Assembly (NCBI GenBank): GCA_043747615.1
Contig: JAYTOU010000023.1
Coordinates: forward strand, 96,001 to 160,000
DNA: 64,000 nucleotides
Direction of reading: 5' to 3'
DNA from: Myxococcales bacterium
Lineage (GTDB): Bacteria; Myxococcota_A; Polyangia; Polyangiales; Polyangiaceae
Below the pieces are notes generated by a model. It saw only the letters and a list, made by a program, of their open reading frames with translations. It did not search any database and was not told the DNA's origin. Below are positions 9,453-19,238 of the stretch, in pieces. Position 1 is the stretch's first letter; the number at the start of each line of letters is the position of its first letter. A program made the position numbers and the translations under genes.

Positions 9453-10727
9453 TTAGAGCGTCCTCAGGTACGCGAGGAGTGAAGCGCGGGCGGATGCGTC
9501 GAGGTCGAGGCCGAAGCGGTGGCCGGGGATCGTGCGCGCCGGATCGAAGAGGGCGTCGAGAGACTTGATCGATGCATCATGCAACAATAGACCGCGGGTG
9601 GACACACCATGGAGCGATGGAACCCTGTAAAATCCAGTACCGCGGTCGCTCGAGCGCCCGATGAGCGGATCGGTTCCAACGACGTCGAGGGGGACGGGAG
9701 GGCCCGTGAAGGACGGCGGCGCGTGACACGACGCACAGCTCTTGATGAAGAGGTCCGCTCCTCGTTGTTCGGCGTCGCTCACCGGCACCCTCCCCTCCAC
9801 GCTCGCGGAGAGCGACCAAAGGTACGTCGCGAGACCGAGCGCAACTTCCCGCGGCGGACGGAGCACCTGACCGTGCGACGTGATGATCAGCGTCTCGATG
9901 CGGATAGCGAGCGAGGTGAGATCGCGCTGAGCAACGGTAGCATCGTGATGCAAATGCGTGAGCCAGCGCGTGGGACGGAGATCGGGAATGCGCACCGGCT
10001 CGATCGCTTGATGGGTCGTGACGTCGACCCGGCCCGGTCCCCACGATTGAAGGCGCGCGACGAGCTCATTGTCGGTGCCGGCGGTGGCCTCGGCCAGCAA
10101 GAGGCCGAGATCTTGCGCGTTGTTCCCGACGCCAATGATGAACGTGTCTGCGTCGCGGCGAGCGTGGCAGCTGGCGCAGGTAATCGCCAGAGCGCGCGTC
10201 CCGTCGGCGAGCTCCACGCGCAGGAGGCCGTTCACGCCGCGGGCGTCGTCTACCCAGAGGCCGTAGCGTTTTGCTTCTGCGCGTGACGTTGTTGCAGCCC
10301 CGAACGACGGGGCGAGCTGCATCGGATAGCGAAAGAAAGCCTCTTCGCCGAGGGCGCGAAGAGCGTCGTCTCCTCGAATGCCCTCGGTCACCAGGGCGCG
10401 CGCGCCGGAGCCGAGCACAGCATTGGGATGCACCCCACCCGCGGCATCGAGCTCCCCCGCGCCCACGATCTCCGCGCGCGGATTCCATTCCGGAAGGTTC
10501 TGCCACGCACGTGCCCCGCTCGCTTCGTAATGCGACAGGCGAAGCGCGGAGTAGGCGTTGGTAGGGTTGACGAGCGATGCTTCCAGGCTCGATCGACGGT
10601 AGGCCGCGTCGTCCAGGTACGTGCCGGACGGACGCGAGCCTTCACTGCTGCAAGCCCCGCCGAGGAGCGCCGCGAGTGTGAGCGCCGCCGATGGGATCAG
10701 CCCGCGCAGATGACAAGCGCCTGGCAT
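9453..10727 (-). CDS. Di-heme c-type cytochrome lipoprotein (cytochrome c peroxidase/RoxA-like superfamily)
   Basis: Two CASCH motifs; GTDP, YRVPSLHGV, LLHDAS and LLAYLRTL; lipobox GGAC; start uncertain (10727/10733 or slightly downstream). Confidence 0.75.
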   Translation of the reverse strand: MPGACHLRGLIPSAALTLAALLGGACSSEGSRPSGTYLDDAAYRRSSLEASLVNPTNAYSALRLSHYEASGARAWQNLPEWNPRAEIVGAGELDAAGGVHPNAVLGSGARALVTEGIRGDDALRALGEEAFFRYPMQLAPSFGAATTSRAEAKRYGLWVDDARGVNGLLRVELADGTRALAITCASCHARRDADTFIIGVGNNAQDLGLLLAEATAGTDNELVARLQSWGPGRVDVTTHQAIEPVRIPDLRPTRWLTHLHHDATVAQRDLTSLAIRIETLIITSHGQVLRPPREVALGLATYLWSLSASVEGRVPVSDAEQRGADLFIKSCASCHAPPSFTGPPVPLDVVGTDPLIGRSSDRGTGFYRVPSLHGVSTRGLLLHDASIKSLDALFDPARTIPGHRFGLDLDASARASLLAYLRTL

Positions 10728-11320
10728 GTCCATTTTTTCGCGGTTGGCGCCCACACGCAGGACGCGGGTGCTGGCGTCGCGTTCTTGCAGTCCCCATCGT
10801 TCGCGCATTCGTCGCCCGCGGTGTGACAGTAGAACCCGCCGACCGCGGTTCCGCTGCAGCTCCCTCCCGTCGTCGGCGAGCAGTAACCTGCGGGGCCGCA
10901 GTCTGCGTCGATCCTGCAGTTCACGGCCACACACTGGTTGCCGGTGGCCGCACAGCTACACGCTTGGTCCGCAGCGCAATCGCCGTCGGCGAAGCAGGCA
11001 TCGTAGGTGCAGTAGTCTCCGGAGCGGTTCCCCGTGGAGCGGCCGCAGCGCCCGTTCTTGCCTTGCGTGCAGTCTGCATCCACTGCACAGCTCCCAGGAA
11101 TTCCGGAGTCGGCGCCTCCCGCATCGACGTTCTGCGGGGGCCGGCTCATGGAGCACGTCGGCGCCATCGGCCGGTGCTTGTAAGGTACGCCGGGAGTGAA
11201 GCTGCCGTCGCCGCCTCCGCCATCTCCGCCTCCGGGAGCCGCCGTCGCTCCACCGCAGTGAATCATGCCGACGCCAAACATCACCAACATCGCGCTTCGT
11301 ACGAGCGAAGTAGTTTTCAT
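10697..11320 (-). CDS. Cys-rich lipoprotein with four CxxDxDC repeats
   Basis: MKTTSL...GMIHC signal; CAVDADC, CFADGDC, CRIDADC, CANDGDC; it is the 3' part of track ORF 10697..12448. Confidence 0.8.
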   Translation of the reverse strand: MKTTSLVRSAMLVMFGVGMIHCGGATAAPGGGDGGGGDGSFTPGVPYKHRPMAPTCSMSRPPQNVDAGGADSGIPGSCAVDADCTQGKNGRCGRSTGNRSGDYCTYDACFADGDCAADQACSCAATGNQCVAVNCRIDADCGPAGYCSPTTGGSCSGTAVGGFYCHTAGDECANDGDCKNATPAPASCVWAPTAKKWTCQALVICAG

Positions 11321-11448
11321 TCTGACGTCCATCATCGCAAGCAGCGAGCCAGGGGCCAAAGCAGTGGAAAACGCGCGGTTTCCGAAGCCCCATGCTGATC
11401 GAGACGCCCTCGACGGCACGCTCTGGCGCAGGGTACAGGGCGCGAGAC

Positions 11449-12105
11449 CTACGGAAGAATCGTCTGGGTGCGGAAGCGGATGGTCTTGTCGCTCGTGCCT
11501 ATGGTGCGGACAAAGAGGCCGACGAACGAGCCGAAGAGGGCGTCGCTTGGACCGATCCCGGTGGAGCCAGTTGGCCGCGAGACCCAGCGTCGCATCTGCT
11601 CGAGCATCTCGGGGCTCACCGGGTTCACATCCACGATCACTCCCAAAAAATGCGGCGTGCGCGGCGTTAGGACAGAGCGATCGACGACAGCGAGATCGCG
11701 CGCCTCGGCGCACTGACGCAGGACACCCTCGACGTTGATCACCGCGGTGTCGCGCTCGCCGCCGGGACCCGTGAGCGTGATGCGGTACACCTCGTCCCAG
11801 AGATCGTAGCGGACCTTGCAGGTGCGCACGGCGAGAGCGATCGGATCGGGCTCGCCCTCCCGGATCACGTACGCGCGCATGGCGATGACCGTAGGCAGAC
11901 CGCTCGAGAGCTTGGCGGTAAGCGCCGCGTCGATGACGTCTCTGTAAGAGAAGCTCGCGCGCAGGAGCGTACGGTCCCACGCAAAGTTGGCTTGCCTGCT
12001 CGGGAGCGCGGCGACGGCGGCAGGCGCTGCTTGCTGGGCGTGCGCAGAGAGCGGCGCGAGGCACGCAAGAGCGAGCGCGAAGAAGAGGAATCGGAGAAGC
12101 CGCAT
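11449..12105 (-). CDS. Secreted DUF4390-like protein
   Basis: Signal peptide AHA-Q; LSSGLP and VRYDLWDEVY motifs; coupled to the upstream Omp85 gene. Confidence 0.6.
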   Translation of the reverse strand: MRLLRFLFFALALACLAPLSAHAQQAAPAAVAALPSRQANFAWDRTLLRASFSYRDVIDAALTAKLSSGLPTVIAMRAYVIREGEPDPIALAVRTCKVRYDLWDEVYRITLTGPGGERDTAVINVEGVLRQCAEARDLAVVDRSVLTPRTPHFLGVIVDVNPVSPEMLEQMRRWVSRPTGSTGIGPSDALFGSFVGLFVRTIGTSDKTIRFRTQTILP

Positions 12106-13757
12106 CAGGGCCTCCCGCTTCCGCGCAGTGGCACGAAGCCGAGGAAGTTCGAGACGCCGAGCGTGAATCCGCCCGCCGAGGTCTCGATGCGCAGCCCGGC
12201 ATTGAACGTGAGATCGATGGGGACGGTCGCGAGGCCAGAGTACCCGCGCGCATGCTGGGTGAGATCGATCTCGTTGGCGACACCGTAGATTCCCGCGGAG
12301 GTGAAGAAATCGACTCCGTACACGGAGCGGTGGCCGCGGTAGAGTGGGACGCGATACTCGGCGCTGAGCTTCGCGGCGTACTGTCCGTAGCGAATCTCGA
12401 CGATATCGGTGCCGAGAAAATTAGGCGCGGCACGGCGATCGAACGCAAGATCGAGCACGCGATCGGGGAGAAGATCGCTCAGGTCGCCGACGTAGAATTT
12501 TTCGAAGAGCGGAGCGTTCCCCATGATCGCGCCGCCGAAGGCCTCGAGCTTGAGGACGTGGCCCCACGGCAGGAGCGTCCACCGCGCGGCATCGATCTGG
12601 AGCTTTGCGTACGGGTAGTCGCTCCCGAGCGGAGCGAGAGAAGCCTCGGTGAGGAGAGCCAGCTTGACGCCGCGGGTCGGCAAAAACGGCTCGTCTCGCG
12701 TGTCGTGCACGAGAGCCGCGCGGAGCGTGGACAGGACGGAGCTTCCGGAGGCGATCTGAAAATCGATCGGCTCGACGTCGAGACCGCGCTTGTGGCTCGC
12801 GGCGAGCGGGAGGAGCGCGTCGATCTTCTCTAGGCGGTAATCGAAGAAGACCTGGGTGGAGATGCTGAGGTCGTGCCCGGCGCCCACCATGCCGCCGAAG
12901 CGGCGGTAGGACGCGACGGCGAAGTCTTGAGCCACGTGAACGGAGGGGTCGTCGACGAGTACGTCTTTGTTGCCGAAGAAGTCGCGCGCTTGGCTGTAGA
13001 GAAGCTGCGCCTCGACGGTCCACTCCGTGCCGAGGACTTGCGGAGAAGCGAAGCGCGAACGGAGCGCGAGCTGGCGATCGGCGAGAGCCACGGCGCCGCC
13101 GAGCGTGACCCCCGTGCCCGCGAGGTTCGTCTCTGCAACGTCGATCCCGCCGTACGCCGTGAGCGGACGAGCGGCACCGTTGGGCTCTGCATCGGCCGAG
13201 AGCCCGAGCCAGAGGTCGTTGACCACGATGGTGTTTCGCTCGACGACGTTGACGACGAGAACGACCGAACCACGGCGCGAGCCCTTTCGCAGCGAGAGCT
13301 GGACGTCGCGAAAAAAGCCCGTTCCGAGCAGTCGGAAGCGGGTGAGCTCGAGCTCGGCGTCGTCGACGTTGAGCGTGTCGCCGGAATGGAACGGCACGTA
13401 CCGAAGGACGACGCGGGCGAGCGTGCTGGTGTTACCGCGGATCTCGATCCCCTCGAGGAGATAGCGCAGGCCGACCCTCCCAGGCGCGCGAACGATCGCC
13501 TGCGACGGTTCTTCGGGAGGCGGCGGTGCGTCGGGCCGCGGGGGCGTCGAGGCTGGCGGAGCGTCGACCGGCGTGCCGATCGTAGAAGGTGGAGGGAGCG
13601 GCGCCGGACCGGACGGCTCCGCGGCGGGAGCAGTCGGCGGCGGAGGCGGCGTCGTGTCTCCGCCCCAGGTGCGAATCGGCTGCGCAGACGCCGAGCGGGC
13701 GATCGCCACGCACAGCACGAGCCCCGCTCCAAGTCTGACCCGCGCCCTCGTACCCAC
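12105..13757 (-). CDS. Omp85 (BamA/TamA family) outer-membrane protein with a single POTRA domain
   Basis: IEIRGNTST...LLGTGFFRDV...VVER POTRA; ETNLAGTG, DTRD..PTRG, EYRVP barrel motifs; Pro-rich N-terminal linker. Confidence 0.85.
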   Translation of the reverse strand: MGTRARVRLGAGLVLCVAIARSASAQPIRTWGGDTTPPPPPTAPAAEPSGPAPLPPPSTIGTPVDAPPASTPPRPDAPPPPEEPSQAIVRAPGRVGLRYLLEGIEIRGNTSTLARVVLRYVPFHSGDTLNVDDAELELTRFRLLGTGFFRDVQLSLRKGSRRGSVVLVVNVVERNTIVVNDLWLGLSADAEPNGAARPLTAYGGIDVAETNLAGTGVTLGGAVALADRQLALRSRFASPQVLGTEWTVEAQLLYSQARDFFGNKDVLVDDPSVHVAQDFAVASYRRFGGMVGAGHDLSISTQVFFDYRLEKIDALLPLAASHKRGLDVEPIDFQIASGSSVLSTLRAALVHDTRDEPFLPTRGVKLALLTEASLAPLGSDYPYAKLQIDAARWTLLPWGHVLKLEAFGGAIMGNAPLFEKFYVGDLSDLLPDRVLDLAFDRRAAPNFLGTDIVEIRYGQYAAKLSAEYRVPLYRGHRSVYGVDFFTSAGIYGVANEIDLTQHARGYSGLATVPIDLTFNAGLRIETSAGGFTLGVSNFLGFVPLRGSGRP

Positions 13758-13768
13758 GCGCGTCGAGG

Positions 13769-14416
13769 CTACCCTTTAAAGTCCGGCTGCCGCTCAGGAA
13801 GGGCGAGCTGCGCGGCATCCGTTGCAAGAGCGGACTCGGCCGCCGCCACAGCGCGCGGATATTTCGTGAGGTCCACCCCGAAGCGCTGCGCGTTGTACAT
13901 TTGCGGAACGAGAAAGACGTCGGCCGCGGTGAGGGCGTCGCCGTACGCGTACTTTCCCTCGATTCCTTCTTTCTCGTGGATGGCCATCAGCCGTTCGAAG
14001 GACGCGAGCCCGCGGGCGATGAAGTGACATGCCCACGTCTTTCGGGCTTCGGGCTCGAGCGAGTGGTGGTCGAGCACGCTCAGGTTTTGCAGCGGTTGGG
14101 TCCCCGCGTTGATCACTTCGACGAGCGCACGTACGCGCGCGCGTGCCCATGGGTCCCGCGGGAAGAGCGGCGGATCGGGGAAGAGATCCTCCACGAGCTC
14201 GATGATGGCCACGGACTCGACGACCATCTTACCGTCGATCACCAGGCACGGCACGAACCCCGTCGGGCTCCGCGCGGCGTGCGCATCGAGCTTGTGCTCA
14301 CCCGTTGCCAGATTCACCGTTCGTGATTCGTACTCGATTTTTTTCGCGGAGAGCGCGAAGCGTACGCGGTAGGAGGAGGACGATCGCCAGTACGTGTAGA
14401 GGACGATGGACGCCAT
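13769..14416 (-). CDS. maiA: Maleylacetoacetate isomerase (GST zeta class)
   Basis: YWRSSSSYRVR, QPLQNL, ADVFLVPQMYNA, PERQPD. Confidence 0.92.
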   Translation of the reverse strand: MASIVLYTYWRSSSSYRVRFALSAKKIEYESRTVNLATGEHKLDAHAARSPTGFVPCLVIDGKMVVESVAIIELVEDLFPDPPLFPRDPWARARVRALVEVINAGTQPLQNLSVLDHHSLEPEARKTWACHFIARGLASFERLMAIHEKEGIEGKYAYGDALTAADVFLVPQMYNAQRFGVDLTKYPRAVAAAESALATDAAQLALPERQPDFKG

Positions 14417-14509
14417 GATCTCGGGTAACAGTTTCGCACAAATCGTCGCGGGAGGGTCGCCCTAGCTGTGCCTCGACACCCGGCGGCTCTTTCCGGCATC
14501 GTGAGGACC

Positions 14510-15052
14510 ATGATGCGAAAGCTTTTTCTCGCGATGACGATGTCCGCCGTCGGTCTCGGCCTCGGCTGCGGAGGCGAGGACTGGGGTGGACCAAAAGGGC
14601 CCCCGCCCCCTCCGTCGCCTGCTCCCATTCTCTTCGCCGCGCCCCCGCCGTCCCTCGACGCAGGCCGCATGAAAGTAGACGTGACCTCGTCTGCGCAGGC
14701 ACCCGCAAAGAGCGAAGCAAAGCCCCAAGGCGACGGCGGCGTTCCAGTCTTCCCTCACGTGGAAGGCTCGATTTCAGGCGGAAAAATACCCGATTACGAG
14801 GAGACCGTGGCCGGCATGCGACCGGCGCTCAAGGCATGCGTCGACGGCAAAGGCGAGCTCGACGCAGTGGTAGAGATCACCGCAAAGGTCGGAGCGAAGG
14901 GCGCCGTCACCGGCTCCGACTCGATGGGCGGAACGCAATTCTCAGAGGGCGCCGTCCCTTGCCTGATCAAGCGGATCGAGGCAGCCACGTTCAAGAAGCC
15001 GACCGACGGCTCACCCCGCGTCACGTTCCGAATCAAAATGCGGAAGGAGTGA
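14510..15052 (+). CDS. Lipoprotein with Pro-rich linker and C-terminal AgmX/TonB-C-like domain
   Basis: GAGGA RBS; LGLGC lipobox; LKAC...CL...ATFKKP pattern. Confidence 0.65.
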   Translation: MMRKLFLAMTMSAVGLGLGCGGEDWGGPKGPPPPPSPAPILFAAPPPSLDAGRMKVDVTSSAQAPAKSEAKPQGDGGVPVFPHVEGSISGGKIPDYEETVAGMRPALKACVDGKGELDAVVEITAKVGAKGAVTGSDSMGGTQFSEGAVPCLIKRIEAATFKKPTDGSPRVTFRIKMRKE

Positions 15053-15068
15053 CGACACCGCAGGGCCG

Positions 15069-16511
15069 TCACTTCGTAAAGGTCGCCTTGCAGTACGTTG
15101 CTTCCGTTTGATCGACGGGCGCATCCGGGAGCGACGGCGGAGTCATGAAGGGCGGGTTCTTAAAATCGAAGAAGTCGAGGAGCGGGTCGGCGTTGGCGTC
15201 GCGCCCGGTGAGCGCCGGCACCTTGAACTTCGTCTCGATGAAACGCGTGATGCTCGTGTGGTCGTACTTCACGTGCGAAACGAAGCTTTTTTTCGCGTAG
15301 GGAGAGACCACGAGGAGCGGGACCCGAACGCCCAGCGCGTCGAACCCGCCGGCCGCGGGCGCTTCACCGGGATCGAAGAGCGGAGCCTTGTCGTCGGGCG
15401 GGCAGGCCTTCGGCGGAGCGACGTGATCGTATAGACCGCCGTGCTCGTCGTACGTGATGAAGAGCGCGAGCTGCTTCCACTGCGGACTCTTCATGAGAGC
15501 CTGCACGACGTCGCTCCCAAATTTTTCTCCAAATTGCAGGTCGCTGGGAGGATGCTCGTCGTTCTGGTTCGGCCCCTCCATGCCCAGCTTGGGATCGAGA
15601 AAGACCACCGACGGGAGCGTGCCCGCCGCTGCCGCCGTGAAGAAATCCGCGATGCGCAGGACCGCTGCGCGATCCGATCCCCACCGATTGACGAGCCGGG
15701 TCCCGACCGCCACGGCCGCGCCGATCGCGCCGTCTCCGTAGATATTCCAGTCGACGTGCCGTTTCTCGAGCTCGTCGAAGATGAAGCCGTCGCTCTCGGG
15801 ATAGGTGAACGCGCTCGTGTCCGGAAGGGCGTTGCTCGTGCGCCCAAAGCTCGTTGCAGAATACAAGTACATCCGGTTCGGCCAGGTCGGCCCCTGGAGC
15901 GACGCGTGATAGTGGTCCGCGATCCCGAACGTGCTGGCCAGCGCGTAGTAGAACGGTATTTCTTTCTCATCGTAGAACCAGAGCGCGCGATCCCCACTCT
16001 CGCCGGGGCGCGGGCCCTGGTTCGCGAGGAAAAAGCCATCCATCTTTCCGCCATTCACCTCTTGGTGCGTACCGTTCCACTCGTGGTTCGTGTCGAGGAA
16101 ACAGAAGTGCTCGGCGTGCTTTCGGGCGTGGGGCATGCCCATCGCGTCGGGGTTGGTGACGCCGTCCGGAGCGACCTCGATGTCCGTCCGGTTACCGAAC
16201 GCATTGAGGTGCGAATAGTAGGAATCGAACGAGCGGTTCTCGAACATGAGAACAACGACCGTCTTCACCGGAATGTCGGCGTCGACGGGCGAGCTCGCGC
16301 CGAGCGTTTCGGCGGGCATCGCGCCGCGTGCAAAACCGCAGGAGGCGCGTTTCATCGCGGCGGTGGCGTCGTCGGGGCGGGTGACTTTGCGGTCCCATTC
16401 CGGGGGGGTCGGCGCACGCGGATCGACCGGAGCATCAGGCACTTTGGTGCTGCCACATGCCAACCCGAGGAGTGAAACGAGCAGGATCGGTTTCCAGGTG
16501 GTTCGGTGCAT
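15069..16511 (-). CDS. Phosphoesterase / non-specific phospholipase C family lipoprotein
   Basis: VVVLMFENRSFD, GPTWPNR, DEHPP, TYDEHGG, GVRVP, YDHTS; lipobox GLAC. Confidence 0.92.
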   Translation of the reverse strand: MHRTTWKPILLVSLLGLACGSTKVPDAPVDPRAPTPPEWDRKVTRPDDATAAMKRASCGFARGAMPAETLGASSPVDADIPVKTVVVLMFENRSFDSYYSHLNAFGNRTDIEVAPDGVTNPDAMGMPHARKHAEHFCFLDTNHEWNGTHQEVNGGKMDGFFLANQGPRPGESGDRALWFYDEKEIPFYYALASTFGIADHYHASLQGPTWPNRMYLYSATSFGRTSNALPDTSAFTYPESDGFIFDELEKRHVDWNIYGDGAIGAAVAVGTRLVNRWGSDRAAVLRIADFFTAAAAGTLPSVVFLDPKLGMEGPNQNDEHPPSDLQFGEKFGSDVVQALMKSPQWKQLALFITYDEHGGLYDHVAPPKACPPDDKAPLFDPGEAPAAGGFDALGVRVPLLVVSPYAKKSFVSHVKYDHTSITRFIETKFKVPALTGRDANADPLLDFFDFKNPPFMTPPSLPDAPVDQTEATYCKATFTK

Positions 16512-16562
16512 CCATCGTAGCTTACCCTTGATTCTCTGACGGCGCGGCGCGACAAGGGAGAC

Positions 16563-17888
16563 ATGATTGAAAAGTCCCTTTCGTCGGAGGAGATCGTCGC
16601 CCTTTCCCGCAAGTACACGATGTACGAGTGGTCGGCGCAATCGGCGGTGGATCCCATCGCGGTCGATCACGCCAAGGGCTCGTGCTTCTTCACGCCCGAA
16701 GGCAAGCGCTACCTCGACTTCAACTCTCAGCTGATGAGCGTCAACATCGGCCACGGCGACGTACGCGTGATCGACGCCATCAAAAGGCAGGTGGAGAAGC
16801 TCGCGTACGCCAATCCCTTCATGGCCCACGAGCCGCGCGCGCGCCTCGGGAAGAAGCTCGCCGAGCTATGTCCGGGAGACATGGACGCCTTCTTCTTCAC
16901 GAACGGCGGAGCCGAAGCCAACGAGAACGCGATCAAGATCGCGCGTCTCTACACGGGCCGCAACAAGATCCTCGCGCGCTATCGTTCGTACCACGGCGGT
17001 ACGGCGGGAGCGATGACTCTCACCGGCGATCCGCGAAGGTGGGCCGCCGAGCCGGGCATACCGGGCGTCGTTCGCATTCCCGATTTTCACAAATGGGGAA
17101 AGAAGGATCCGGAGCCCGTCGCGCAGTCGCTTCACGACATCGAAGAGGTGATCATGTTCGAGGGGGCGAAGAACATCGCCGCCATCCTTCTCGAGACCGT
17201 GGTCGGTACGAATGGCGTCCTCATCCCGCTCGACGGCTACATGCAGGGCGTGCGCGAGATCTGCGATCGCCATGGAATCATGATGATCTGTGACGAGGTG
17301 ATGTCCGGCTTCGGGCGCACCGGGAAATGGTTCGCTGTGAACCACTGGGACGTGACGCCGGATCTTATGACGATGGCCAAGGGGCTCACGAGCAGCTACC
17401 TGCCCCTCGGCGCGGTCGGCATGCGTCGCAAGATCGCCGACCACTTCGACAAGAACGTGTTCTTCGCGGGGCTCACGTACAACAGCCATCCGATGGGCTG
17501 CACGGCAGCGTTGGCGACGATCGCGGTCTACGAAGAGGACAAGCTCATCGAGCGCGCCGCCAAGATGGGCGAGGTGCTGAAGAAGCATCACCAGGCGCTC
17601 TACGACAAGCACCCCTGCGTCGGAGCGGCGCGGAGCATTGGCCTCTTCGGGATTCTCGAGATCGTGCGTGATCGCAAGACGTACGAGCCGATGGCTCCGT
17701 ACAACGGGGCGAGCGACGAGATGAAGGCCATTCATCATCATCTCAAGCAGAACGGGCTCTACACGTTCGTTCGCTGGAACACGATCATGACCAACCCGCC
17801 GCTCTGCATCACGGAAGACGAGCTCGCGGAGGGCTTCAAGATCATCGACGCCGCCCTCACCGAGGCCGACAAGGCCGTCAAGAAGTAG
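16563..17888 (+). CDS. Class III PLP aminotransferase (omega-amino acid type)
   Basis: YLDF, SYHG, DEVMSGFGRTG, MAKGLTSSYLPLG; GGGAG RBS. Confidence 0.93.
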   Translation: MIEKSLSSEEIVALSRKYTMYEWSAQSAVDPIAVDHAKGSCFFTPEGKRYLDFNSQLMSVNIGHGDVRVIDAIKRQVEKLAYANPFMAHEPRARLGKKLAELCPGDMDAFFFTNGGAEANENAIKIARLYTGRNKILARYRSYHGGTAGAMTLTGDPRRWAAEPGIPGVVRIPDFHKWGKKDPEPVAQSLHDIEEVIMFEGAKNIAAILLETVVGTNGVLIPLDGYMQGVREICDRHGIMMICDEVMSGFGRTGKWFAVNHWDVTPDLMTMAKGLTSSYLPLGAVGMRRKIADHFDKNVFFAGLTYNSHPMGCTAALATIAVYEEDKLIERAAKMGEVLKKHHQALYDKHPCVGAARSIGLFGILEIVRDRKTYEPMAPYNGASDEMKAIHHHLKQNGLYTFVRWNTIMTNPPLCITEDELAEGFKIIDAALTEADKAVKK

Positions 17889-17905
17889 CCTTACATCCCA
17901 GTGGA

Positions 17906-17961
17906 GCTTTTTTCCGAGCCCCCTTCGGCACCAAAAAAGCGGGTGCACGATGTTGTCGTGC
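17906..17961. terminator. Possible terminator hairpins between convergent genes
   Basis: GCTTTTTT...AAAAAAGC enclosing CCGA/TCGG, followed by GCACGA-5nt-TCGTGC. Confidence 0.35.
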
Positions 17962-18106
17962 GTTGAAAAAATGCTGAGCGTGGGCATGCCGAAAGCGCTC
18001 TACGCCCGCTCCTTCCCGTACAGGCCGCCTTGTCGCATCTGTGTGCCGGAGCGGCCGAGGACTAGAAATGTGGAGGGCGTGCATCGCGTTCGGGTTGGGT
18101 GTTCTT

Positions 18107-18943
18107 TCAGCGTCGTTGGGGACGCCGGAAGGCGACCACGTTCGAAGTGGGTGATGGCGCTGGATCGTGCGGAGGGAGGGCGACCACGAGGCGCTCGATG
18201 CGCGGGAGTACGTCGGCGATCGCTTTCTCTGCGCGAAGCTCGTCGAACGCGGACTCGAACACCACCAGGAGCAGATAGATTCCAGCGAACGCGTGCGCTA
18301 CGTAGCCGAAGTCCTCCCCGCGCTGCGTATGGTGGAGGGGCTTGCCGCGCCGAAGAGCCGAGATCTCCGGCAGGGCGCGCACTTCGTGAATGGCGCGCTG
18401 CGACGACGCCGGCACTTCGTCGGGATCGCGCAGGACGCTCGCCGACGCGACGGGCTCCGGGAACGGCACGTCTTGATCTACGGCCGAAGGAACGAGCTCG
18501 GGCCGCGCGACTTCCACCAGTCTCACCGACTCGGGCAGCGACCCTGCTTGAAGCGCGGAGCCCCACACGACCGGCGAGTGCGCATCGAGCACGAGCGCGT
18601 CGGCAGCATGGGCCCGCATGGCGAGAGCGCGGAGCTCGTCGCGAAGAGAGCGCTGAATCGGACGGCCGCCCGCGCGCGAATCAAGCGGCAGCTCCGTCAG
18701 TGACTGCTCGAACGTACGCACGAGAATTTCCATCCGGCGCGCTGTCGACGGCGCATCGTTCGGAGCCGCGGCGAAGCTCGCGAGCACCTGCCGGCCATCG
18801 AGGAGCGTGACCGCGAGCGCGTTGGAAGCCGTCGGCTCTTCCGCAGACTCGAGAATACGAACGTCAACGGCCCCGAGCTCGCGCATCACGAGCGCAGAGA
18901 AGCGGTGGAAAGGCGTATCGTCGTCCGGAGGAAGAGATGACAT
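18107..18943 (-). CDS. Hypothetical protein (possible Roadblock/GAF-like alpha/beta fold)
   Basis: Plausible composition from MSSLPPDD (ATG 18943); fold guess from alternating helix/strand pattern only. Confidence 0.65.
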   Translation of the reverse strand: MSSLPPDDDTPFHRFSALVMRELGAVDVRILESAEEPTASNALAVTLLDGRQVLASFAAAPNDAPSTARRMEILVRTFEQSLTELPLDSRAGGRPIQRSLRDELRALAMRAHAADALVLDAHSPVVWGSALQAGSLPESVRLVEVARPELVPSAVDQDVPFPEPVASASVLRDPDEVPASSQRAIHEVRALPEISALRRGKPLHHTQRGEDFGYVAHAFAGIYLLLVVFESAFDELRAEKAIADVLPRIERLVVALPPHDPAPSPTSNVVAFRRPQRR

Positions 18944-19053
18944 GAAGAGTCGCCCTAGCTGGCCTTCGGCGGGCTGTGTCGGGTGATGATCATCTCGCGA
19001 CGTATAACATTCTTGCCGACAAGCGACGAACGCGTGGCTACTCTCTTTGGGGG

Positions 19054-19127
19054 GCCCCCGTAGCTCAGCTGGATAGAGCAGAGCTTTCCTAAAGCTAAGG
19101 TCGCACGTTCGAATCGTGCCGGGGGCG
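19054..19127 (+). tRNA. tRNA-Arg(CCT)
   Basis: Acceptor stem GCCCCCG/CGGGGGC, D arm GCTC..GAGC, anticodon loop TT-CCT-AA, T arm GCACG-TTCGAAT-CGTGC; no encoded CCA. Confidence 0.95.
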
Positions 19128-19238
19128 CGCTTTCTTTTGGGAAGTGCCCTTCGGTTGGCGCAGTTGGTTTCTGTTTGAGGTCGCTGCGGCACAGGCCTGG
19201 CACACCAAACTCCCGAGTTCACCAGCTTTGCGGAGCGG

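Noticed and set aside
11321..12448. N-terminal extension of the 583-aa ORF 10697..12448
   Set aside because: Arg/Pro-rich alternative frame over the DUF4390-like and Omp85 genes; the real protein starts at 11320.
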